Positions 52,132 to 64,000 of a stretch of DNA of 64,000 nucleotides are shown piece by piece. Within the stretch, counting starts at the first letter, position 1; each line of letters begins with the position of its first letter. Where the stretch lies: NCBI RefSeq assembly GCF_009914755.1, contig NC_060934.1; one strand, 5' to 3'. The notes under the pieces were generated by a model. That model had not been told where the DNA came from. It worked only from the letters and a program-made list of their open reading frames with translations, and did not search any database. The DNA is from the human T2T-CHM13v2.0 reference genome, Homo sapiens. The translations under genes and the position numbers were made by a program.

Positions 52132-52879
52132 TCCAAGTGTTTTAAAATATTAATACCTGACTCAGTGAATGTTTGACATTTTTATCACTAATTGAGTGTG
52201 CCAATTCTTAAATAAGCACTAACTGAAACTGAATTTATAGTCATTAAAAAAGTGAAGAGTAGCACACTGGCAAATCTATATATGCCCATTCTGTAATTCT
52301 TAGCTTTTTCTAATAATTGACATGGTTGGTGTAAGCATATTATTAATGAGAACAATGTTAGCTTAGATAGAATTAATCTATAATACATGATGTGTGTCAC
52401 AAGTGTAGGTTGCCTCCATATCTTTTACTAATTATTTTGAAAAATTGTGTGGGAAAGACTAGAAGTGACGAGGATAGCTGAAGCTAATTCATTAGCATTT
52501 GTTATAATCATGCAAAGCACTCTCAGGAGGTCAACAGTATCATCCTTCACCTAACCAGTTCTTTTCAGGACAGTTCAACCAAAGGAACAGCTACACTTAA
52601 AAAAATTCTGTTTTCAAATACCATAATTCAAAGTAATGATGTGCCGCATGTTAAAATAATCACAATTTATGTCTAGTGATGTACAACTAGGAGTCAGCAG
52701 ATACATTATTTTAAATTTCTAGTTTGTTATTAGTCCAATTTTTAGGGAAGCAACTTATTGAATGCTGAATATACAAGCAGTTTTGTTAACAATTTCAATT
52801 TAAATGAGCATTAATGAATAAAATCTTGCCTTCTTTTCTTATTTACCACCTATCGAAGTTTTTATAATTTGATGAACTT

Positions 52880-53188
<309 letters not shown>

Positions 53189-53335
53189 TGATGAACTTCT
53201 AAATTGACTATATAGAACACAATATTATCATTGAACTATATTTGCATATTAATATCTAATGACTTACTATATTTGGGGAAATAAGTAAGTAGCCTTGGAG
53301 GCAGTGTTCTAATGTGATAAGTGCAATATGGTGAT

Positions 53336-53513
53336 GTTTTCTAAAATACAAGCTTAAACATATTTCTTTACACCTATATATGCCTGTGTGTAAGTGTATA
53401 TATGTGCATAAGTGCCTACACATGTATATACATATACCTGATATATACATATATATGTGTGTATATAAACATATATATGTATATTCAAATAAGGAATGTA
53501 AATATGCCAGAAT
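53336..53513 (-). repeat. Right arm of the inverted repeat
   Basis: Reverse-complement match to 51482-51749. Confidence 0.88.
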
Positions 53514-54611
53514 ATTTTAAAATTAGTATGTAATACTTTATCTTTTTAGTATACTATATTTTTATTATATAAGAGACAGTCTAAATGAGAAGTATACCTA
53601 ATGAAAAGGTATAGACTACAGTTCACACGGGAATTACATAAATTCCAGAGCACTTGATAAATTAATTACCAGATCAAGTCAGTTAAATTCCATAGCAGCA
53701 TCATAAGGAAAGTCTGTAACTGGGATATGGACAGCAGCAAAACCAAATGCATTGAATTAAGGCACCAACTTACATAATCAATGGAATAATATTCCAGTAT
53801 TTTAATAAAATAAAATAATTAGAGATATTGAAATGATTTTTTAAAATATTCATGTAGCAGAGACTGGCTAGAAATTAGTGAAATTACTTTCTGTTATAGG
53901 GAACACCAATAAATGAAATGTCTCATCCTGCTTGCCATATTCCTTATTTTTTTCCAATGCAAAGTTGACAAAAGTGATGTATCATTACCTGGCCAAGGCA
54001 GTTAAAAAGCTCTTACTTATTCTATTTCTCCCTTCTCCGTTGCTTCCTGCCTGGAGGCAAGAGGTCCACAGAGTCATTTCAGATCTCAGGTACTGGTGGA
54101 GCCACTAAACTTAGATTCCATTTTACTAGATTACAGACCACTAAGAATTTAGACTCATTATGTCACCAGATGAACTATTTTAACTAATGCAATTTGTGTT
54201 CTTTCTTTTATATAAGCATCAATTCATTTGAAACACCTCCAATTAATTTTTGTTTAGTCTCTGTCCTCAGAAGAGAAATTCATAAAATTTATTTATATCT
54301 TACCAGTATTTGAAATGTTCTGCTACCACTGGCTTCTTGCAATACTTCTATCTTCTGAATTCCATACTAACAGATACCTTAACCTCTTCACCTACATTAT
54401 AGGCTGCTTCCTCTCAGATGTCTTTGCTGGTATCTCATTCTTCTTTAAATGTTAGAGTACCCTAAAGGTGAGTCTTCAGCCTTCCTCATGGTCATTAGTT
54501 GTGCCCTGAATGATTACTTTCAGGCCCGTGGCTTTGATCTACATCTCAAATCCTCAATATCCGCCTGAGTTCTAAGCTATGCACCCAAGCCTTAACATCT
54601 CCCTTTGGTCA

Positions 54612-54820
54612 ATATATTGTATTCTTGAAAAATGCTGAGACTGGATGGTAAGTGATCTTACTACACAAATGATAACTATGTGAGGTGATGCATTTGCTAA
54701 TTGAGTTAGATTTAACTACTTTACAATGTAAACATACTTCAAGACATCACGTTGTACATGATAAATACACACAATTTTATACATCAATTTAAGAAATTGA
54801 TTCATTTAAAAAAAAAGAGA
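54612..54820 (+). mobile_element. L1MA 3' end fragment inserted in an L2 relic
   Basis: ATATTGTATTCTTGAAAAATGCT...AAATGATAACTATGTGAGGTGATGCA...ACATCACGTTGTACATGATAAAT plus A-tail. Confidence 0.75.
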
Positions 54821-55588
54821 TATTATATGCTTAACATGCCCCAACTGCAGTTCTTTATTTCTCCCCGAAAACGGTTTCTTTTCCTGGTCTTCTCTACTTC
54901 AGTTTATGGCATTAACAGTCATCAAGTTATAAAGTTCAAAACCCAATGTTTGATTTCTTTCTTTTTTTAATATCACACTTCTGATTTGGATCTTCCTCCA
55001 AAATGTATCCTATCATGTCCCAGCATCTACACAGCTGCCTAAGATAATGTCATAGCTTCTCTGGATTTAAGAATACTAAGCAGGAAAGTGACATGATCTA
55101 ATCCATAATTTTAAAAGGCAAAGATCATCTAACATATCTTTTGTTTTTGTTCTTGACTTTCTTAGACAATATCAAGAGTGACCTTGATAATGCAGAAATC
55201 AGATTGTATAACTGCCTTACTTAAAAGATGCCCAGGTGATTCTGTTTTTATAAAGTCTAAATTTATAACACACCATTTATCTTTATCTCATAACAGTATA
55301 TGGATTGATACAAAGCAGTGAAAGATTATCATAACAATTCAATGAAAGAGTTGTTTTCACATGCTTTTGGAAATCCAGAACAATAGCTTCATAGTCTATC
55401 AACTAGATGAAATTTGACAAAAAAGAAATTGGGATTAAATGATGATCCTTCTAATAGTTCTGCTGTCTAAATTTGTGTAGTTAGGAAATTGCACATGTAT
55501 ATGTGAAATGATTTTTAAAAAGTCATGTATATAATAACATATATAATGTATAAATTAAATTTATACACATTATATATATGTTATATAT

Positions 55589-55902
<314 letters not shown>

Positions 55903-55959
55903 TGATGTAGATTTTTTACTTGCATCTTATTCTTATTTCATCATGTTATGTAATAATTT

Positions 55960-56660
55960 TATCATTCCTCCCTGGAATACAGCAATTTTCTTCTGCAGGG
56001 GATCCCTGCTTCTACTCTTGCCTTGTAATCCTTTTTCTGCACAGCAGCCAGAGTGACCTTTTGAAAGTATAAATCAGACCATGTCACTTCCCTGCCTAGA
56101 ACTCTAAAAAGGCTTTCCACTGCCCTTGAGGAAAAACAAAAAACAAAACAAAACAAATAAAACATCCATACTATAGATGAAAGACACTACTACACGACTT
56201 GATTTGATTTCTGGTTACTTTTCTGACCTTTTCTCCTATCTCTCCCTCTTGCTCTTGTTCAATAAGCTTCATCCATACTGTTTTCCTCTTTGTTCCTGGG
56301 AGGTGCAAGGATCTTTACTGATTATGTTTGATGAGGCTATTCTCTCTGCTTGGAAAACAATTCCCCCTATCTCAACATATCTAACCCATTCTCTTCATTC
56401 TTGTTTCAGTTCAGATAGTATCCTTAAGTGAAGCTTTTCCTTAGCAATAAGTGCAAAACAATCCTCGAACCCAACAGCCTCCAACATATCACCTATAGTA
56501 ATTGTCAGAATTTGAAAACACTGTGTTTACATTTATTTGCTTGTTCACTTTATCTTTTAGGATGAAATTCGCCAGGATTTAAGCTCTTATTCATTGTGGT
56601 GTCTCCTAGCTACTGATAGAAGCTCCCACACATAGTAATCAGTCAATACATGTATGTTGC
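55960..56660 (+). mobile_element. L2 LINE remnant
   Basis: CACAGCAGCCAGAGTGACCTTTTGAAA...AAATCAGACCATGTCACTTCCCTGC; 3' end CACATAGTAATCAGTCAATACATGT. Confidence 0.7.
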
Positions 56661-57014
56661 TGATTGCATGATTATGTAATCATGTTTAACTGTAGCGTTG
56701 ATTAAAATCTCCGTGGTGGCAAAAGATGTACTTGACTCATCTTATTCTAACATATGACATTCCACAGAGTTCTCTAGAAAGAACACACATGTAGTCAAGA
56801 TGTTGTTATAACACACACAGGTCAGTAGTAAGAAAAAAAAATCCACACCAAGGGCTCAATTGAAATGAATTCATTTATTCATACTCGTTGGGTGTTAGAT
56901 TGTAATATTCCCTTATTATTTATAACCAGGTTATATTGTTCTTGAAATAAATATAATGAGCAAATTCCTGAAAGTTCTTATCCAAATAGAGAGTTGTTTT
57001 GTCTACAACAAAAT

Positions 57015-57182
57015 ATTTCTCAACCAGGCAACATATTAGAATAATCTGTAGAATTTAAAAATAATACCAATGTTCAGACTCAACCCTAACACAATGGCAT
57101 CCAAATATTTGGTGTATGAGCATTGATAATTTTAAAAAATCTCTTTAAGCAATTTGAAAATAACCAGAATTGAGAACCACTG
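57015..57182. mobile_element. MER5-type hAT-Charlie MITE
   Basis: Termini TTTCTCAACC... / ...TTGAGAACCACTG. Confidence 0.5.
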
Positions 57183-58975
57183 ATTCTAGTTGGATGTGAT
57201 TATTTTTTCTTTTCTCATGGATCAGTGTATGTTAATGATTGCATTTTCTCTAAGTGTTCAAGGAAAATGCTTCAATATTATTTTCGTTGGTAAGAGCTCT
57301 ACTTCTACATATTTACTCACTTACATGTGAACAATTTTTTTCTTCTCTTTCTCAATAGAATTATTCTAATAATGCAACCTGGATTACCCCAACATATTTA
57401 AAATATTATAAGGCCTATAATATTTTAGGTTTAAATATTTAAGTCTTTATTATAATATCTTATTGTCAGGAGTTCTGCATTTCATGAAAATAGCAAGTTT
57501 AATATCTGCATTAATAAAATCACAGGCATATCTGCAATCATTTTAAGAAAACTGATCTGTCAAGTCTGAAAAAACTTAATTACTTCAATGATTCATTAAA
57601 GATGGACTGTATGAATGCCCCACATATAAATAAGTGAAATGATAGAAATATGAATAAATGTATCAAATATAAATATAATAAAATATAAATACATCCTTTA
57701 TAGTATGTTTAAGCCATGATTGTGCATCAGATGGCATCTGTGCATCTTACTTAAAATTTGGATGCCTAGGGTTTACCACCAAACTGTGAAGTCAGCACTG
57801 TTAGAGATGGGCCTATATATATTTATTATTTTTAATTGTCTACTATGGAGAGTTTTGAATATACTTAAAAGCAGAAAGACTGCAAAATGCACCTTCATAT
57901 GCCCATCACCCATTCCCAAACACCACCAGCGTCACCCACAACCTTTTTACTCTCTGCTTCTTGGAGTATTTTGATCAATTCCTGACATCATATTGTTTAC
58001 TCCAGAAATATTTTTGTATGCATCTCTAAAAGATAGAATCTTTAACATGACCACAATACTACCATGATACCTAAAACAAATATGATTATTTCCTTAATAT
58101 AATCAGACATCTTATAAATGTGAAAATTTCAAATGATCTCCCTTTGTTTATTTGTGTAAATTATAGTCGAAGTCTGAGTTTTTAATTTTCTTGTTATGTA
58201 TACATTTCTTTCTATTTCTATTTTTTCCCGGTCACTTTATTTGTTGAGAAAACCACAATGATCGTTCTGCAGAATTTCTACTAGTTGGATTTTTCTGGTT
58301 TCACTTTTGTGGGGTCAGATAATATGTTCTTATGTTCATATATAGGATAACATAGGAGGTGCTGTGTTCTTTAATCAGGAGGAATAACACTGGAGGAATG
58401 ACTGGTTAATGGTTCCCTTTTTATAATATTAACATGTTGACAATGAATTTCCTAGGCAAATATATTCAGAAAAATGTCAAGATTGATTCTAATGTATCCC
58501 TCTAGTTAAGAAATATCATAAAGAAGATGATAGAATTCCTTAAGTCCTGAATGTGTTTCTACCAACAAAAAGAAGATATCAGTTAAATATATTTCATGTT
58601 GGGTATACCACTGGTCATTAAAATAAAAGATAAATTTGCTATGGATGACCAAACAGTAGAGTAAGAAATTTTGTTTCATATTGCATACCTAAAATTTTAT
58701 TTCAGTTCAAATTCCATAACATTTGAGTCATTATATGCATAACTTTTACTAAAATGAAGAATATAAGTCAATATTTTCCAAACTGGCCTGATCATTAGAA
58801 AGATACATACATGCCTTGACAAAAAAATAAAGATTACTGAGATCTGCTAGAATAAGACTTAATCGGAATCTCTAGGGAAAGGGCTTGGGAATCTCTATGT
58901 GGAGAAATTATCTCAGATGACTTTTACAAAAAGGTAAAAATAGACAACATTGGCATACATTTAAGAAGAAAACTT

Positions 58976-59264
58976 CTGTAATCCCAGCACTTTGGGAGGC
59001 CGAGGTGGGCGGATCACTTGAGGCCAGAGGTTTGAGACTAGCCTGGCCAACAAGGTGAAACCCTGTCTCTACTAAAAATACAAAAATTAACCGGGCATGG
59101 TGGCACAGGCCTGTAGTCCCATGTACTCAGGAGGGTGAGGCAGGAGAATCACTCGAATTCAGTGGGTGGAGGTTGCAGTGAGCCGATACCATGTCACTGC
59201 ACTCCAGCTTGGGGGACAGAGGAAAACTTTGTCTCAAAAAAATAAAATAAAAATAAAAATAAAA
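58976..59264 (+). mobile_element. 5'-truncated Alu (older AluS/J)
   Basis: Starts at CTGTAATCCCAGCAC; dimer with (TAAAAA)n tail. Confidence 0.9.
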
Positions 59265-60877
59265 CCCCCAGAGTTTCTTCGTTAATGACCAAGAAAATGA
59301 CTCTGTACTTTGAGGTTTACAATGGTCTTTCCCATTCCTATGTCATTACAGAATTATTTTTAAAAATATGTCAAGTAGGAAATAATTATTCAAATCATTT
59401 TTACAGGAGGGAAACATGTTTATGGTGATAAATTGACTCCATCAGTGGAGGTACTCAGACTCAAATCCAATTCATCTGGATACAAATTTATTACTTTTTA
59501 ACTATAGCATGCTTTCCTATATTTATTTTGCTCTAGCTGATAATACTGATCCTTCTGACATCCAATTCTATAATACATATACTTTCATAATTATATGTAT
59601 AACTAATGAAAATGTTGTAGGTATTATTAGCAATTAGGATGATTTTCATGATGGAGACGTGCTCACTGTGAAGAACTTCCCTCATAATAGATCTTATTTC
59701 AATTATATGATAGATGTGTATCATTCCTCAAGAAGTTGATGCTATATTTATAACTACGTTCCCTTACCTGTGGCCGGTGTTAAAATGTGGTATCTTGTCA
59801 GATGTAAAGAATACGTTTTTCATATCTAAAGTAAATTAGTATTTCAAATGAGTTGCCTTGAAATTATAGTCAAAGATATAAGTGAGATAACATTGCCTAT
59901 TTTGAAGGGTCGAGTTGCCTGGGTTTGGATAAATTGGTATGCCTACTTTCAGCAAATAGAAGCAGGTTACTCTTCCACAAAGGCATAACCTGGATGTGAT
60001 TGTGCTGACACGAAGAGCTTACTTTGACAGCATCCAGATTCACAGCTGCAGATGGCACTCTTACTCAAAAGAAGAGATAGACCTTAAGAGAAAACACTGT
60101 ACATTTTTTTGTTCTCATGAGATTGAATCTTGAAGGTCTCACTAATTATCAATGTCCTCTTTAGCCTTTCTCTTTGAAAAGTAAAATAAAATTCAGTGAT
60201 ATTCAAAAAATGCAAACCAAATTAATGGAATCAGATAATAAGATTGCCTGCAATTCTAGTTTGGCTTTTATGTTTTTAGTTAGTGTATTGATAAAACCCC
60301 GGCATATATGTTCTTCAAAACTTTTTGTCAATATTTAATACTAATTACTATGACAATGTCAAAATACCTATGGAAGTTTTATATCTAGAATGAGTTTTAT
60401 ATCTAGAATGAAAGTAATTTGAGTTGGTCTTAAAGCACTATGGAATAAGAAAGTCACCAATGAAGCACTATAAATAGAAGGTATTGAAATTAAGTTCAGG
60501 GCAATAACTTTTTTTTTAAGTTTTACTTTCATATTTTAAATCCCTGCATTTTGCTTCTCCTTCCAAGCTGTATTGTAGTAATACTCATTGTCAAGAGTAA
60601 AAGAAACCACATGTTCAATTTTTAAATGAGGCCATCAAGAACTCTCTTGGAAAAAATTATTTGTAATAAATAAGTCTGTGACACTATGTCTTTTGTATAT
60701 TTTAGAATATAGATAATAGGTTTAAAAGTCAGTTTGATTTTATAGTACTATCTGGAAGTTACTTGTGGGTTACAAAATGGGTGTTTGAAAAATTGTACCT
60801 TGCCATTTACTGAATTTTCTACCCTTTCTCCCTGTAGGATTATATCTTTTTAAATTTAACCAGGAGGCAATCCCACT

Positions 60878-61407
60878 ACCTGCTTTTGAAAGTAAAGTTT
60901 TACTGGAACATGCTGTATTAGCCCATTTTCACACTGTTATAAATAATTGCCTGAGACTGGGTAATTTATAAAGGAAAGAGGTTTCATTGACTTACAGTTC
61001 GGCATGGCTAAGGAGGCCTCAGGAAACTTAGAATCAGGTCAGAGGTGAAGGAGAAGCAAGGCACCTTTTTCACATGGTGACAGGAAGGAGAATGAACGCA
61101 GGAGGAACTATGGAACACTTACAAAACCATCAGACCTTGTGAGAACTCACCATCATAAGAACAGCATGAGGGAAACCGCCCCCATGATTCCATTGCCTCC
61201 GCCTGGTCTTTCCTTTGACATGTGGGGATCATGCGGATTACAATTCAAGATGAGGTTTTGGGTGGGGACAGAGCCAAACTATAGCACACAACCATGCTTA
61301 TTTGTCCATGTACGTATATGGCTGCTTTTGCGTTACAAGACAGAGCTAAGTTGTTGTGAGAATGACTGCTTATAAACACTAAAATATTTACCATCTGTCC
61401 CTTTGCT
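60878..61407 (+). mobile_element. MER58A-like DNA transposon split by a THE1 LTR
   Basis: TAAAGTTTTACTGGAACA | ...CCATGCTTATTTG...TATGGCTGCTTTTGC...CTAAAATATTTACCATCTGTCCCTTT. Confidence 0.65.
60914..61286 (-). mobile_element. THE1D/MSTA-like MaLR solo LTR
   Basis: TGTATTAG...CTGAGACTGGGTAATTTATAAAGGAAAGAGG...TGGGTGGGGACAGAGCCAAACTATAGCA. Confidence 0.9.
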
Positions 61408-62606
61408 GTCATGTGAACAATATGTATGGAAAGGCTAGAGAGAGAGGGAGAGAGAAAGACTGAGGTTAGAAACACACACATATGGACACTTTCTCATTAT
61501 CTATTTTTTTCCATTGATCTTGAATGGGTTTTGAAGTTTAAAGGGCAAGTCTATTTTCTTATTTTTAGCCTTTCTATTTTGTTGTATTCTAAATTATGAA
61601 TTTATTTACTTTCCAAATTTTTGCTTTCCTTTTCCTCTGTTATTAGTTACTGCAGTACCACTTTTACTTTACAAGATAACACAAAGCAAAAACAAAGTCT
61701 GAAAAAAGACACTAGCTTTAGCATAAGATAGAAATATTTGAATGCATATCTACACAGCTAGTTTGTCTATTCTCCAAACCAGAAGTAGAGGGCTGAAGTG
61801 AAGAGGAAGAGAAAAAGGAAAGAATTCTTCAGTTAGGGAAGGGAAGAAAGCTCCGGGCACAGACAGGAGAGTCTCAACTTCCAGCTCTTCTAATATTTGA
61901 AAATCCACAGAAAACCACCAATCCATTCTGGGATCAACCCAACCAACAGTCCTGGAGAGTTGGATACACAGAGGCCCACTGAACAGCACACTTGGAATCT
62001 GGACATCTTGAGTGCAGATGTGGGCGTTGAGGGAAAATATCTTCCTCAATCAAGATAATATTCTAGAGAATTTCCCAGTATACCATTGAACACACTGAAA
62101 GAGTTATAAATATGTTAACTGTTTTATCATTATTCAATTTAAATAAGCATTTTAAATATTTTAATTAAATATTTATTTTCTAAACTAGGTTTAGTTGATT
62201 AAATATAATTTACGGTAATAATTTTTTAAAAAAATTCTATTGTGTACTTAATAAAAACTTAAATGAAAGCTTTAAAAATTACAAATTTAAAATTTTGAAT
62301 AAAATCTTCTTTCCAGGAAAGTAACTTGTATGCTTATATATATCATTGTCTCTAAAGATTCTCCAAACTTAGTGTGCACTAAAATAATTTGTGGGGCTTG
62401 TTAAAAATAAAGTGTCTGGATTCACCCCTAGAGATTCTTTTTCAATAGTTTGTGATTTTAAGGGGCTGATAAATACCTCCCTTTTTCCCCCTTGAGTTCA
62501 AAGCACATTGAGAGATACATGTAGGAATTTTATAAATGGAGATGAAAATACCACTTTTAACTGAAAGTGCTATTTAAAGGGCAGCTTTGGTTTGCAGCTA
62601 AGTGGG

Positions 62607-62976
62607 TGATATGGTCTGGCTCTGTATCCCCACTCAAATCTCATCTCGAACTGTAATCTGAATTGTAATCGCCATGTGTTGGAGGAGGACCTTGTGGAAG
62701 GTGATTAGATCATGGGGGCAGTTCCCCTATGCTGTTCTTGTGATAATGAGTGAGTTCTCATGAGATCTGATGGTTTTATAAGGGGTGTTGCCCCCTTTGC
62801 TCTCCACTTCTCTCTCCTGCTGCCATTGAAGAAGGACATGTTTGCTTCCCCTTCCACCATGATTGTAAGTTTCCTGAGGCCTCCATGTGGAACTGTGAGT
62901 CAATCAAATCTCTTTTCTTTATAAGTTATGCAGTCTCGAGTATTTCTTCATAGCAGTGTGAGAACAGGCTAATACA
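62607..62976 (+). mobile_element. THE1 (C/D-like) MaLR solo LTR
   Basis: TGATATGGTCTGGCTCTGT...CTAATACA with perfect 5-bp TSD GTGGG. Confidence 0.93.
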
Positions 62977-63640
62977 GTGGGTTTACTCAGACTTCACTCC
63001 TGAATTGGACAGACATCCCTAACCTAATACTGTAGTGTAGACAATCCCAGGGCTCTCCTTGAGAGGAAGCCTCTCACAGGAATTCGTGCATCTTGTGAAT
63101 AGGCTTGCTCCAAAGAAAAAGCTGATGAGCTAATGAGGATCAGTTTCTTCTCCCACTGTATCAGATAATCTCTCCTCATTCCTAGAGAAAGAGGTAAGGT
63201 GTAAGGAGTAACTAACCAGTAATGTTACTTTGTCTTAAATTCTTTTATGTGTAATGTTTAGAATACAGGGAAATAAGCCACCTCTATTGCATCACTGTTC
63301 TGTAATTATTTTATACCTAATCTAAAATATGAATTAGAAGTAGTCCTGTTATAAAACAACAACCACAACAAAACATACATACAAAGGTTTGTATATTCAT
63401 ATGTGCCTGTGAAACTGTTGAACTATATTCCTGTGATTATGAAATGCTTGACTCTATTAAATATTGTGCTAAAGCAGAGTGCATTTTTGTTTATCCTAAA
63501 TGAGTGAGACTGTTAGGCATTTTCCATTTTTTAAATGGTAAGAAGAGAAGTTAATAGCTGTAAAATCAATTAAAATTATACGTTATTTTATAAATGAATT
63601 TATTATTATCAAAGTAAATAGATTTTCAAAAATTATATTA

Positions 63641-64000
63641 TGAATTAGTTTGGATTCCCCAGAAGCAGACACTGAGATTAGGATTCTAGTGCAAATAGTT
63701 TATTAAAGATATGAAAAAATGAAGGAAAATAAGATAGCCGATAAAGGATGCCAGCTTCTACTGTGGGCTACTGGCACTTTTGCATGGGTAAGAAACTACG
63801 AATCAGTGGAGGACACATGCCTCCCAGTTGTTCCCCCCAAGGGCCAGGGTGCAGATGGTGGGTATGTATGCATTAATTCCTATCAGCCATGCAGAGAGCT
63901 GCTTCTAGGGCTATTCATTCCCTGGCACATCTGGACTGCCACAGGGGCACCAAAGCTGGCTCAGCAGCAGGAGAAAGCCCTCAGGCAACAGGAAGCACTT
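63641..64000 (-). mobile_element. ERVL LTR (LTR33/LTR41/LTR16-like), continues past the window end
   Basis: TTAGTTTGGATTCCCCAGAAGCAGACACTGAGATTAGGATT...TGCAAATAGTTTATT is a reversed 3' terminus typical of these LTRs. Confidence 0.6.

Overview
This is AT-rich primate (very probably human) intergenic DNA dominated by repeats; it is not prokaryotic, and I found no intact protein-coding gene. Main contents: (1) an ancient, internally deleted ERV-L provirus with MLT2 LTRs (minus strand, ~1.04-13.2 kb), carrying nested insertions of a short L1M 3' end, a full-length L1PA7-like LINE-1 and a 42-nt tailless 5S rRNA retrocopy; (2) a full-length, disabled ANXA2 processed pseudogene (25435-26810, +), inferred to be ANXA2P3 rather than the intact-ORF ANXA2P2; (3) a young L1PA3-like element with a twin-priming 5' inversion (35.26-39.0 kb); (4) an ERV1-class solo LTR with intact promoter motifs (39681-40617); (5) eight Alus/FLAM plus THE1, MLT1, LTR16/33, MIR, L2 and MER relics. 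All identifications come from recalled consensus sequences, not database searches, so subfamily names are provisional. I do not see a new biological system. The least-explained structure is an ~83-85% identical inverted repeat pair at 51482-51749 and 53336-53513. Next come a templated, hairpin-containing insertion inside the L1 (6013-6127) and the tailless 5S retrocopy.
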